From: a virus
IMG/VR virus record: IMGVR_UViG_3300045988_159006
Coordinates: 1-40,811 of that record
Direction: 5' to 3' (one strand)
DNA: 40,811 nucleotides
Shown: positions 1 through 6,600 of the stretch, piece after piece
Layout of the letters: each line of letters begins with the position of its first letter
How positions within the stretch are numbered: the first letter of the stretch is position 1
Notes under the pieces: model-generated
Told to the model about the DNA's origin: nothing
What the model saw: the letters and a program-made list of their open reading frames with translations, nothing else
Database searches by the model: none
Program-made: the position numbers and the translations under genes

Positions 1-29
1 CGTGCCTCCAGCAGGATTCGAACCCGCGA
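1..29 (-). repeat. att core, left copy (duplicated 3' end of a tRNA gene)
   Basis: cgtgcctccagcaggattcgaacccgcga is identical to 40783-40811. Its reverse complement gives T-arm GCGGG-TTCGAAT-CCTGC followed by acceptor strand TGGAGGC. The sequence to its right (30-90) cannot be folded as the rest of a tRNA, so this copy is only the fragment. Confidence 0.8.
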
Positions 30-68
30 TCAAAAACCCCACAACCAGCAAAAATACCAACAACACCC

Positions 69-1166
69 CTAGGCGCCACGACAATCCCACGACGCCTGCA
101 AAACCCCATCCATAGCACGCGCAACCTCATCCAAATCACCATCAAAAAGATCCGCATAAACATCCAACGTCATCGCCGCCGACGCATGCCCCAACTGCCT
201 TTGCACAACCTTCACACTCGCCCCAGAAGCCACCATCAACCCCGCAGCCACATGCCGCAACCCATGCGGCGTCACCCACGGAAAATCCGCATCAGCCCTC
301 ATAGCACGCTGCACCGCACCATAAAACCACCCATCATAACCAGGCACCCGCATAAACCCACCATCCGACTCCCTAGGCCACAACAGCGCATCCCTAGCCT
401 TCCCCTCCATCAACGGCACCAGCATCTGCATCACCCTACGCGGCACCGCCACCGTCCGCCGCTCATGATTCTTCGGCGGCCCCACATGCACCTCATACCC
501 CACAGTCACCGCATTACGAGTAATACTAAGCCGGCCCCTAGCCTCATTCACATCACACACTCGAAGCGCCACCGCCTCACCCCACCGCAAACCAGTCGTC
601 GCCAATACCCACACAAGCTCCTGGTAACGGCTACACTGATCCACTAAAAACTGCACCTGCTCCACCGTCAAATACACCTTCTTCGACTTAGCGCGCCGCG
701 GCAACCGCACACCCCGCGCCGGGTTCGCTTTCAACAGCCCGTCCAGCACCGCTAAATCCAACACCTGGGCCAGGCAAGCGTGGGCGTGCCGGACTGTGGC
801 AGCTGCACGATCAATGCCCGCCACCCATTCCTGCACATCACTAGGCCTCACCCCCATGATTGACACGCCACCCCACCTAGGTCGCACATGCACTCGCCAT
901 GATTGCTCGGTTGTCCGCATGGTTGACGGCTTCAAATGGGTTTGCATAGCAAGCCACCGATCCCCCAATTCACCCACCGTGATAGCTGTTTTTATTGGCG
1001 CCCGCCACTCCCCAGCATGGATATCCGTAGCATTCTTAGCCGACCAAGCCTCCGCCTCCGCCTTGGTGCGGAAACCCTGCTTCGTGCGCCCCCGACCATC
1101 AGGCGACCGGTACTGAACCCGCCACGCATACCCCCTCGCTGTTTTGTATTTACGAATCGACGCCAT
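69..1166 (-). CDS. int: Tyrosine recombinase / phage integrase with N-terminal AP2-like arm-binding domain
   Basis: 365 aa. The N-terminus (RGYAWRVQYRSPDGRGRTKQGFRTKAEAEAW) is typical of the phage integrase N-terminal DNA-binding domain. The C-terminal catalytic region reads HGLRHVAAG...GHASAAMTLDVYADLF (HxxR...Y). The gene abuts the att repeat. Confidence 0.92.
   Translation of the reverse strand: MASIRKYKTARGYAWRVQYRSPDGRGRTKQGFRTKAEAEAWSAKNATDIHAGEWRAPIKTAITVGELGDRWLAMQTHLKPSTMRTTEQSWRVHVRPRWGGVSIMGVRPSDVQEWVAGIDRAAATVRHAHACLAQVLDLAVLDGLLKANPARGVRLPRRAKSKKVYLTVEQVQFLVDQCSRYQELVWVLATTGLRWGEAVALRVCDVNEARGRLSITRNAVTVGYEVHVGPPKNHERRTVAVPRRVMQMLVPLMEGKARDALLWPRESDGGFMRVPGYDGWFYGAVQRAMRADADFPWVTPHGLRHVAAGLMVASGASVKVVQRQLGHASAAMTLDVYADLFDGDLDEVARAMDGVLQASWDCRGA
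76..93. repeat. Candidate integrase arm-type site pair (CCACGACAATCCCACGAC), left arm
   Basis: The same 18-mer recurs at 40660-40677 in the same orientation. It consists of two tandem CCCACGAC(A) units. Confidence 0.45.
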
Positions 1167-1231
1167 CTTTGTTCCCTTTTGCTCCTTGTTCCCGAAAAGG
1201 GCCCCACCAAATCAGCAAGGGCCACAAAAAT

Positions 1232-1261
1232 TTACAGGCTAGTTACAGGCCAATTACGGGC
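1232..1261. repeat. Three phased TTAC(A/G)GGC repeats in the int upstream region
   Basis: ttacaggc at 1232 and 1243, ttacgggc at 1254 (11-12 bp spacing). They lie between the stop of the HIRAN gene and the int start. caacattgtcca is also repeated at 1263-1274 and 1342-1353. Confidence 0.4.
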
Positions 1262-1354
1262 CCAACATTGTCCACACTAGCGTCCACCAATCACCACAGG
1301 TCAAACCGTAAAAACAGGGCAAACTGCCGCATTAACACCTGCAACATTGTCCAT

Positions 1355-2410
1355 TTAATACTCACTTAGCGTCGCTTCCACCATCGCATTATCTTTATCA
1401 ATAGGGGTCACTGTGCAAGTCCAATTCGTCCGCAACGTTGCGCCGAAAGCATTCTGGGCATCCACATGCCCGTGAATCGTCCAATCCTTATGGTCAGCGC
1501 TCTGCACCGCAATGAAATCGAAAAGCCCCTCAAACTTCGCAGTAGACGGCGATTTTAACTGCTGCTTAATCCGATCGTGGCACAAATAACGAGCCCGGTT
1601 ATCACTCCACCCCATGATCCGATCAGCATCATAAGGCTCACTACTCGGACTACTGTATTCCGGCGAAAGCGTCGAAATAACGTTACTATACGACGTTGGA
1701 TAGGCAATAGCCTTCTCACCAATCCCCAATGTTCGTCCCCAACTGCCTTGGCCCCAAAGCGCAAGCCCACATAAAACAACACCAATAATGATTGCTAAAT
1801 TACGCAGTGTAGAGCCATTAATACCATCATTATCCTTGGTTGTATTACCGGCCTTAACGCTTTCCGCACCAGCAGTTGGCTTCACCACTGCCGTATGCGC
1901 TACCGTGCCGGACGGTACCTTAGCCGGTTGGATCTTGCTTAGTGCTGCTGGTCGGGCGTACGCAGAAGGAGCAGGCTTCGATGGCTTCGGCGGGGTAATG
2001 ACTTTACCTTTCTTGTCCCCCCGGTAAGCGTTAGGCACGCTATACGAAGATGCTTTAGGCACTAACTGCACGTTAGGTGGAATTGCCGTGTCAGTAGCAA
2101 GAAGATACAAGTGCAAGTTAATGAACCCATACTCATCACGCTTATATCTGCCTTGAACAATGGCCGTTTTCCCACTAGCCGCAATCCGATTAATAAACGG
2201 CAAATACGTTGCCGTGCGACTTCGAGAAATATATCCAACGGTTTGCCCTCCGTACCGGATACTAATGGCATTAGGATCATACGGATTATCCGGCTCCGGT
2301 ACCACCTCGAACAACGTAGCGGTCTCAGGAACCCGAATATTTTCATAAAACTCGGTTCCAACAGCTTTCACAGTCGGACGCTGCGAAGCCTGAAGAAGTA
2401 TGGGCTCCAT
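1355..2410 (-). CDS. Membrane-anchored HIRAN-domain protein (HIRAN - Pro/Ala/Lys linker - TM helix - C-terminal domain)
   Basis: 351 aa. HIRAN hallmark VVPEPDNPYDPNAISIRYGGQTVGYISRSR near the N-terminus. Low-complexity linker, hydrophobic helix LAIIIGVVLCGLALWG, then a ~125-aa domain with ...HGHVDAQNAFGATLRTNWTCTV. GC looks lower than the flanks. Confidence 0.7.
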   Translation of the reverse strand: MEPILLQASQRPTVKAVGTEFYENIRVPETATLFEVVPEPDNPYDPNAISIRYGGQTVGYISRSRTATYLPFINRIAASGKTAIVQGRYKRDEYGFINLHLYLLATDTAIPPNVQLVPKASSYSVPNAYRGDKKGKVITPPKPSKPAPSAYARPAALSKIQPAKVPSGTVAHTAVVKPTAGAESVKAGNTTKDNDGINGSTLRNLAIIIGVVLCGLALWGQGSWGRTLGIGEKAIAYPTSYSNVISTLSPEYSSPSSEPYDADRIMGWSDNRARYLCHDRIKQQLKSPSTAKFEGLFDFIAVQSADHKDWTIHGHVDAQNAFGATLRTNWTCTVTPIDKDNAMVEATLSEY

Positions 2411-2521
2411 GGTCGCTAGCTCACACCCACCTTCGCGGCTAGGGTTTCAATGCTTTGCGTGATACTCACAGGGGGTTCCTTTGCAAATAGTGGAGATCAA
2501 TGCTTGGGATAAGAGTCAGGG

Positions 2522-2941
2522 TCAGCTGAGGCTGAGGCCGCATGCGCTTACATGCCGGGTACGACCTACGCGGTAAAGGCGCTCCCAGGTGCGCAGCAGG
2601 TGCACGGTAACACCTAACTCGGCGGCCATGGCTACGGGCTCGGAATCGCATTCCCACGCGGCTTCTTCTACCAGGCCATCATCTAGCAGCTGGTTAGCGG
2701 CCCATTCGTCGGCTTCACGTTCATTATCTGGTGTGGAGCAGTCATGATTGTGATACGCATGCCCTAACTCGTGGGCAACAGCGCATACCCGGGTTATCGG
2801 GTCCAACCCATGCCGGGTATAGATAGTGCGAGTCAGGGGATGCCAGCATGCATTCATGCGTGGGGTAAGCGCCCCCGTCTCGACAAGACGAACATCGAAC
2901 CGACGCAATAAAAATTCCAGCCGTTGTTCAGTATCATTCAT
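2522..2941 (-). CDS. ImmA/IrrE-family (COG2856) zinc metallopeptidase
   Basis: 139 aa with HELGH (HExxH) followed by EREADEWAA, the usual ImmA/IrrE signature. Located in the lysogeny block downstream of an HTH gene. Confidence 0.75.
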   Translation of the reverse strand: MNDTEQRLEFLLRRFDVRLVETGALTPRMNACWHPLTRTIYTRHGLDPITRVCAVAHELGHAYHNHDCSTPDNEREADEWAANQLLDDGLVEEAAWECDSEPVAMAAELGVTVHLLRTWERLYRVGRTRHVSACGLSLS

Positions 2942-3128
2942 AATGGCTCCTCAAAAACTGATAATGAACTTAATCAAGTATGAAACAAATTCATGCCAGA
3001 AGCAATAAATTTTGGCGAAAAAATATGTGTAATAAATCTCAAAAACAAGGAAACCAAGACATAATCGCGTATATCTAAACTAAAAACCCCCGATACTGCC
3101 TGCTCAAACCCTGTTTTCAGGGCTGTAA

Positions 3129-3230
3129 CAAGCATATCAGGGGTCTTCGGAGTTGAACCCCAGCAATCAAGCTCAGCAATAAGACTGCGGTCCAAGCATA
3201 TCAGGGGTTTTCGGAGTTGAACCCCAGCAA
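3129..3230 (-). repeat. Two 38-nt near-identical direct repeats separated by a unique 26-nt spacer (mini-array-like)
   Basis: 3129-3166 and 3193-3230 read caagcatatcaggggt[c/t]ttcggagttgaaccccagcaa, with one mismatch (3145 c vs 3209 t). The spacer is 3167-3192. Each repeat holds a GGGGTT/AACCCC hairpin. The single substitution is a U-A to U.G change on the minus strand but a C:A mismatch on the plus strand. Confidence 0.6.
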
Positions 3231-3256
3231 CCCCAACACCTCAGCTTTCGAATCTT

Positions 3257-3745
3257 TTATGTGAAATGCTCCTCAATGGGGGGAGTCGCCTGCTGCGCGG
3301 CTACTCGCTCCACGCCCGCATTAATCCGGGCAATAATCGCGTCATCATCAAAAACATCAACAGCAGGTTTGCGCTGGGTGCTTCGGATACCAACAGGCTT
3401 GTTTTCGGAGGGGATGTGCCTTACCGTCTGCTCCAATATATTAGATTCAGGAACAATTCGGCGCGCCAGTTCCAGCACTAGGGCGGCATCATCGGCGGTC
3501 TCCAGGAGCTGCCCCTCCGAATCCAGATACTCAAGCACGTCTTCATGCTTGATCCTGCCTAATTCAACCAGCGCCAAGGTTTGATTAATGCCTAGCTCAT
3601 CGCATAGCCGTATCAAATCATCTGATGGCAGCCCTTCATTCAAACGCTTGTTGGCGGTTTTACGTGTAACTCCAAGGATCGACGCGATTTCCTGATCCGT
3701 TATCCGCCTGTGTGCTGATTCGCTCAACCATCGCTTGATCTCCAT
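3257..3745 (-). CDS. HTH DNA-binding regulator, candidate immunity repressor / ImmR-like partner of the ImmA protease
   Basis: 162 aa. N-terminal HTH (ITDQEIASILGVTRKTANKRLNEG). Divergent from a Cro-like gene across an AT-rich 160-bp region. Confidence 0.6.
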   Translation of the reverse strand: MEIKRWLSESAHRRITDQEIASILGVTRKTANKRLNEGLPSDDLIRLCDELGINQTLALVELGRIKHEDVLEYLDSEGQLLETADDAALVLELARRIVPESNILEQTVRHIPSENKPVGIRSTQRKPAVDVFDDDAIIARINAGVERVAAQQATPPIEEHFT

Positions 3746-3905
3746 ACAAATATGCTATCACTCTGGGTAATATTTTACTCAGTGGGTGTGCTGGGGGCTG
3801 GGGATTTAGTTATTTGCCGCATTTATATGAGTAATGCACGTTGCTCACTAACGGCTAATTGTGTAAATTCGGTTACATATCAACGCAAAGAAAGCTAAAG
3901 AGGGA
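3746..3905. promoter_or_regulatory. Divergent promoter/operator region of the first genetic switch
   Basis: AT-rich intergenic region between divergent HTH genes. Inverted half-sites ttactca (about 3775) and tgagtaa (about 3829). Confidence 0.45.
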
Positions 3906-4112
3906 ATGTATTTACTCAATTTAAATGAGGTTGATCGAGTTAAAAGAATGCATCAAATAGCCTCAAATACTGCATTAGCAGAAAAAACACAAATTAGTAG
4001 AAAAACCTGGTCAAGCGCCCTGAACACCCGGAAACCCACTATCACGGTTTTGGACGCTCTTGCCGATTTGGGTGCCCGGCCTGACAAAATTCTCGTTTTG
4101 GATGGGGCCTGA
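3906..4112 (+). CDS. Cro/XRE-like small HTH regulator
   Basis: 68 aa with HTH IASNTALAEKTQISRKTWSSAL. First gene of the rightward early operon. Confidence 0.65.
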   Translation: MYLLNLNEVDRVKRMHQIASNTALAEKTQISRKTWSSALNTRKPTITVLDALADLGARPDKILVLDGA

Positions 4113-4140
4113 GTAGCCCCGGTTCGTCGTAAAGCCCAGT

Positions 4141-4170
4141 AAAAAGCAAAAACCCCGCTTCACAGCGGGG
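4141..4170 (-). terminator. Intrinsic terminator hairpin whose U-tract lies on the minus strand
   Basis: ccccgc(4153-4158)-ttcaca-gcgggg(4165-4170), preceded on the plus strand by aaaaagcaaaaa. Read on the minus strand this is hairpin + tttttgcttttt. Confidence 0.5.
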
Positions 4171-4204
4171 CGGAACAAGAAACGATAAAGAAAGTATAAC
4201 ACGA

Positions 4205-4600
4205 ATGCATTATTTATTTAAAGTGAAGGTTCCTGGCACCCCGAACACGGTCGATGCAACCCTGATTGATGGGCGAATCTGGATCGCACTGTCGTCAGTG
4301 TGTAACAGCCTGGGCATCCACCAGCCCACGCAGCAGGACCGCCTAAAACTCACGTGCTGGGCGAAGATCGAGCGGATCCCCCTGGTGACCGAACGCGGCC
4401 GAGAACAAACCATGTACGTGATCGACCGCCGCACACTAACCATGTGGCTGGCCACCCTAGGTGTTTACCGCAACAAGGCCACGCGGAAAACCCTGGAAGC
4501 CTACCAAATGAACATCGACGACGTCCTAGACCGACTCCAACAAGGCCTGCGTGGGGAGAAAAACTACCCCACCGCACCACTAGCAGAGAAGGCGCAGTAA
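4205..4600 (+). CDS. P22 antirepressor N-terminal-domain-like protein
   Basis: 131 aa. The pattern IDGRIWIALSSVCNSLGI...QTMYVIDRRTLTMWLATL...LEAYQ resembles the P22_AR N-terminal domain. Confidence 0.5.
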   Translation: MHYLFKVKVPGTPNTVDATLIDGRIWIALSSVCNSLGIHQPTQQDRLKLTCWAKIERIPLVTERGREQTMYVIDRRTLTMWLATLGVYRNKATRKTLEAYQMNIDDVLDRLQQGLRGEKNYPTAPLAEKAQ

Positions 4601-4602
4601 GC

Positions 4603-4860
4603 ATGAGCCGCTGTAAAACCCCCGCATCTAAACGCCGCCGCCCGCGCCGGGAGGGGGAGTGGTTGACACTGCCGGAGGCCGCTGCATATACGAAGATTCA
4701 CCGCCAAACTCTGCGGGTGCTGCTGCTGAGTGGAGAGATCCCCTACAGCCGGAAAACCGCCCGCCCGCGCTCCCCATACCTGATCGAGCGTGAGCATTTG
4801 GACAGCTATCTTGCCCGGGTGAGTGATGATTGCCGTACCGCTGCTGGGGGAGTCGCCTAA
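4603..4860 (+). CDS. Excisionase-type / MerR-like HTH DNA-binding protein
   Basis: ATG at 4603 inside ORF 4354-4860. WLTLPEAAAYTKIHRQTLRVLLLSGEIPY is the typical Xis-family HTH. The upstream part of the ORF overlaps the previous gene. Confidence 0.6.
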   Translation: MSRCKTPASKRRRPRREGEWLTLPEAAAYTKIHRQTLRVLLLSGEIPYSRKTARPRSPYLIEREHLDSYLARVSDDCRTAAGGVA

Positions 4861-4983
4861 TGCCCAGGTACGGCACCGCAGTTATCGGCGATATGGACGA
4901 GGCAGTCGAAATCGCACTCCAGCAAGCTCGCGGTTTCATGCGTGAGCGCTCCTAAAACCTCTAAACCAGAAAGGAAACAAAGA

Positions 4984-5238
4984 ATGTCTGCTACCCCGTA
5001 TAGCACTGATCCGTACTACGACCCATATGAAGAGCTGGACCGGCGGTTTGACTATCGGGTTTTGGATGATGAAACCCGGGCGCTGCGGATCGCTGTGGGC
5101 CGACAGTTTAAGAATTTCGCCAGGAATCTGGAGGCAATGCTCGATGACAGCAGGGAGAAAAACCTGGCCTTAGAGCGGCTGGAGGAGGCGATGATGTGGG
5201 CGAATGCCTCGCTGGCCCGCGGTGCTGAGACCAGCTAG
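4984..5238 (+). CDS. Hypothetical protein
   Basis: ATG at 4984 preceded by gaaaggaaa. 84 aa with helical character. The ORF-track start at 4942 is a GTG without an RBS. Confidence 0.55.
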   Translation: MSATPYSTDPYYDPYEELDRRFDYRVLDDETRALRIAVGRQFKNFARNLEAMLDDSREKNLALERLEEAMMWANASLARGAETS

Positions 5239-5618
5239 CGGGATTAAGGATAGCCCTGGCCTGGTAGGCCGCCCCAAAGGGTGTGGGGGGTTCGATTCCC
5301 CCGGAGGGTGCTAGGCCCCAGCGTGGGGCGTGTTGTATAGCGAACTCGATAGTGGAAACACCTTAAGATGCCCTCCCTCTGTGGGGGAGGGCCAAGTCTA
5401 ACAGGGGCCTGATGTTTGGGCTCCTGTCAGGTTCATGCTCCGGTGAGGTAAAACCAGACTGCTTGTTGGTTTCGTGTTTGGTCAAGATATTGGTTGGTTT
5501 TACGCGGGTTCAACCCCCGCCATGAGCGCTACCCGCCTAACTAGCCGGGCGGGAACCTGGTGCCCCGTGGTCTTCCTCAGCCACGGGGCACCCCAAAACA
5601 GAAGTTAAGGAGTAGCCA
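5239..5618 (+). ncRNA. Candidate structured RNA region with two tRNA/tmRNA-like T-arm hairpins
   Basis: No credible ORF over 380 nt. T-arm-like GGGGG-TTCGATT-CCCCC (5286-5302) and GCGGG-TTCAACC-CCCGC (5504-5520). The second stacks on a 7-bp acceptor-like helix (5431-5437 with 5521-5527). There are at least five further hairpins, including a 12-bp stem at 5559-5592. Confidence 0.3.
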
Positions 5619-5936
5619 ATGACGAAGCTCAGCTACTTGGAAGAGGATGCTGCCCTGATTGTGGAGAACCTGCCGGAAGGGTTCGAAGCAACAGCCGAGG
5701 CGGCACCGCTTTTCCTGATCTACGCGGTGCTGATGCGTGCTAAAGGCATCTACACGACGCTGGAAGACGTCCACGATGCGTGGGCTGCTTGGCGCACCAC
5801 CACCAACCCAAACCATAGCGATTTAGTGCCCTTCGGCCAGCTTGATGCAGAAACCAGGTCGTTGGATCGCCCGTTCCTTCACGCAATCCATGCGGCAGCC
5901 CACATCCGAAACAGCCAAACCGAAAAGGAGTCATAA
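5619..5936 (+). CDS. Hypothetical protein
   Basis: 105 aa. RBS aaggag lies 7 nt upstream of the ATG. Confidence 0.6.
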   Translation: MTKLSYLEEDAALIVENLPEGFEATAEAAPLFLIYAVLMRAKGIYTTLEDVHDAWAAWRTTTNPNHSDLVPFGQLDAETRSLDRPFLHAIHAAAHIRNSQTEKES

Positions 5937-5937
5937 A

Positions 5938-6201
5938 ATGAATCCCGCATTTGTCATCTCAATGGTAGCGATAGCTATTTCTCTCACCGCCCTGGGCGTT
6001 TCAATCAGTGCCCACATGGCCGCCCGCGACTGCCGCAGGGTGACCGTGATGTTCATGACCACGGTGATGGAGTACCTGGATGGGGATGGCCAGGTAGGGG
6101 TTTGCGTGAAAAAAATCACTGGTGCCGCTGCTGATGCTGATGGTGATAAAAAACCAAATGATCGGGTGGTAAAGCGTCTCCGAGATGACCACAACCGCTA
6201 A
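5938..6201 (+). CDS. Small membrane protein
   Basis: ATG at 5938 after aaaaggag. N-terminal TM helix FVISMVAIAISLTALGVSI. Confidence 0.55.
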   Translation: MNPAFVISMVAIAISLTALGVSISAHMAARDCRRVTVMFMTTVMEYLDGDGQVGVCVKKITGAAADADGDKKPNDRVVKRLRDDHNR

Positions 6202-6481
6202 AACCACCAGCCGGCAACAGCGGCCGCTCACCCCTGACGGTATTCTCCTCGCCCCGTGCCATCAGGTGCTCCTCCCGTTTTGGGATGGGCGCCTGTACAT
6301 GGAGAAGGAAGAGATGATGCTGGCCCGCCATGAACAGGCAAAGTATCTTTGCCGCCAATGCCCGCTGCTAGAGGCATGCGGCCGCTACCTGGAGCGCATG
6401 GAAGAACAACGAATGCCCGTTGACGGGGTAGTAGCCGGCCGGTATTACACGCCGAAAAAACGCCGCCGGCGTAAAAAATAG
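6185..6481 (+). CDS. whiB: WhiB-family (Wbl) Fe-S transcription factor
   Basis: 98 aa. Cys pattern C..(n)..CRQCPLLEAC and a basic C-terminal tail (KKRRRRKK), as in actinophage WhiB-like proteins. Confidence 0.75.
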   Translation: MTTTAKTTSRQQRPLTPDGILLAPCHQVLLPFWDGRLYMEKEEMMLARHEQAKYLCRQCPLLEACGRYLERMEEQRMPVDGVVAGRYYTPKKRRRRKK

Positions 6482-6489
6482 TCGCACAC

Positions 6490-6526
6490 CTGCTAAGGGG
6501 ATCGAGTTTTTCGATACCCTTAGCAG
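6490..6526 (+). terminator. Long hairpin (15 of 16 bp paired) downstream of whiB
   Basis: ctgctaaggggatcga-gtttt-tcgatacccttagcag. No U-tract follows, so it may be a factor-independent I-shaped terminator or a protein-binding palindrome. Confidence 0.35.
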
Positions 6527-6558
6527 ACTCAAAACCGCAACAAGTGGCGCCCCAGATA

Positions 6559-6583
6559 GGGGGGTGATTATTAATCACCCCCC
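6559..6583. promoter_or_regulatory. Perfect 25-bp palindrome (12-bp arms) immediately upstream of the Bro antirepressor gene
   Basis: ggggggtgatta-t-taatcacccccc, ending 17 nt before the ATG at 6601. Confidence 0.5.
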
Positions 6584-6600
6584 AAGATTAAGGACTGCAA

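Noticed and set aside
1-90. Intact tRNA gene at the left end
   Set aside because: The reverse complement of 30-90 has no acceptor 5' strand (GCCTCCA) and no D or anticodon arms. Only the 29-nt 3' fragment is present.
186-647. 153-aa plus-strand ORF inside int (also 796-1280 ORFs)
   Set aside because: His/Pro/Arg-rich antisense translation of the integrase gene.
2974-3195. 73-aa minus-strand ORF spanning repeat A, the spacer and the first bases of repeat B
   Set aside because: No RBS, low-complexity AT-rich translation, and it overlaps the direct repeats. It is unlikely to be coding.
3129-3230. Annotating this as a bona fide CRISPR locus
   Set aside because: There are only two repeats and one spacer, no cas genes in the window, and a 26-nt spacer that is short. 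It is reported as a repeat with a CRISPR-like hypothesis instead.
4354-4602. Upstream 83-codon extension of the Xis-like ORF
   Set aside because: It overlaps the antirepressor-like gene in another frame and gives an Arg/Pro-rich translation. The ATG at 4603 sits right after the upstream stop.
5254-5310. tRNA built around the first T-arm (5286-5302)
   Set aside because: The sequence complementary to the would-be acceptor strand GGAGGGU lies only 25 nt upstream (too close) or downstream (5370-5376), where it is sequestered in its own 8-bp hairpin.
5431-5528. Calling a canonical tRNA gene here
   Set aside because: Acceptor-like and T-arm-like helices and a D-loop-like GG segment can be drawn. 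No 5-bp anticodon stem with a 7-nt loop can be found, and the length (98 nt) does not fit. It is kept only as a tRNA-like structure within the ncRNA candidate.
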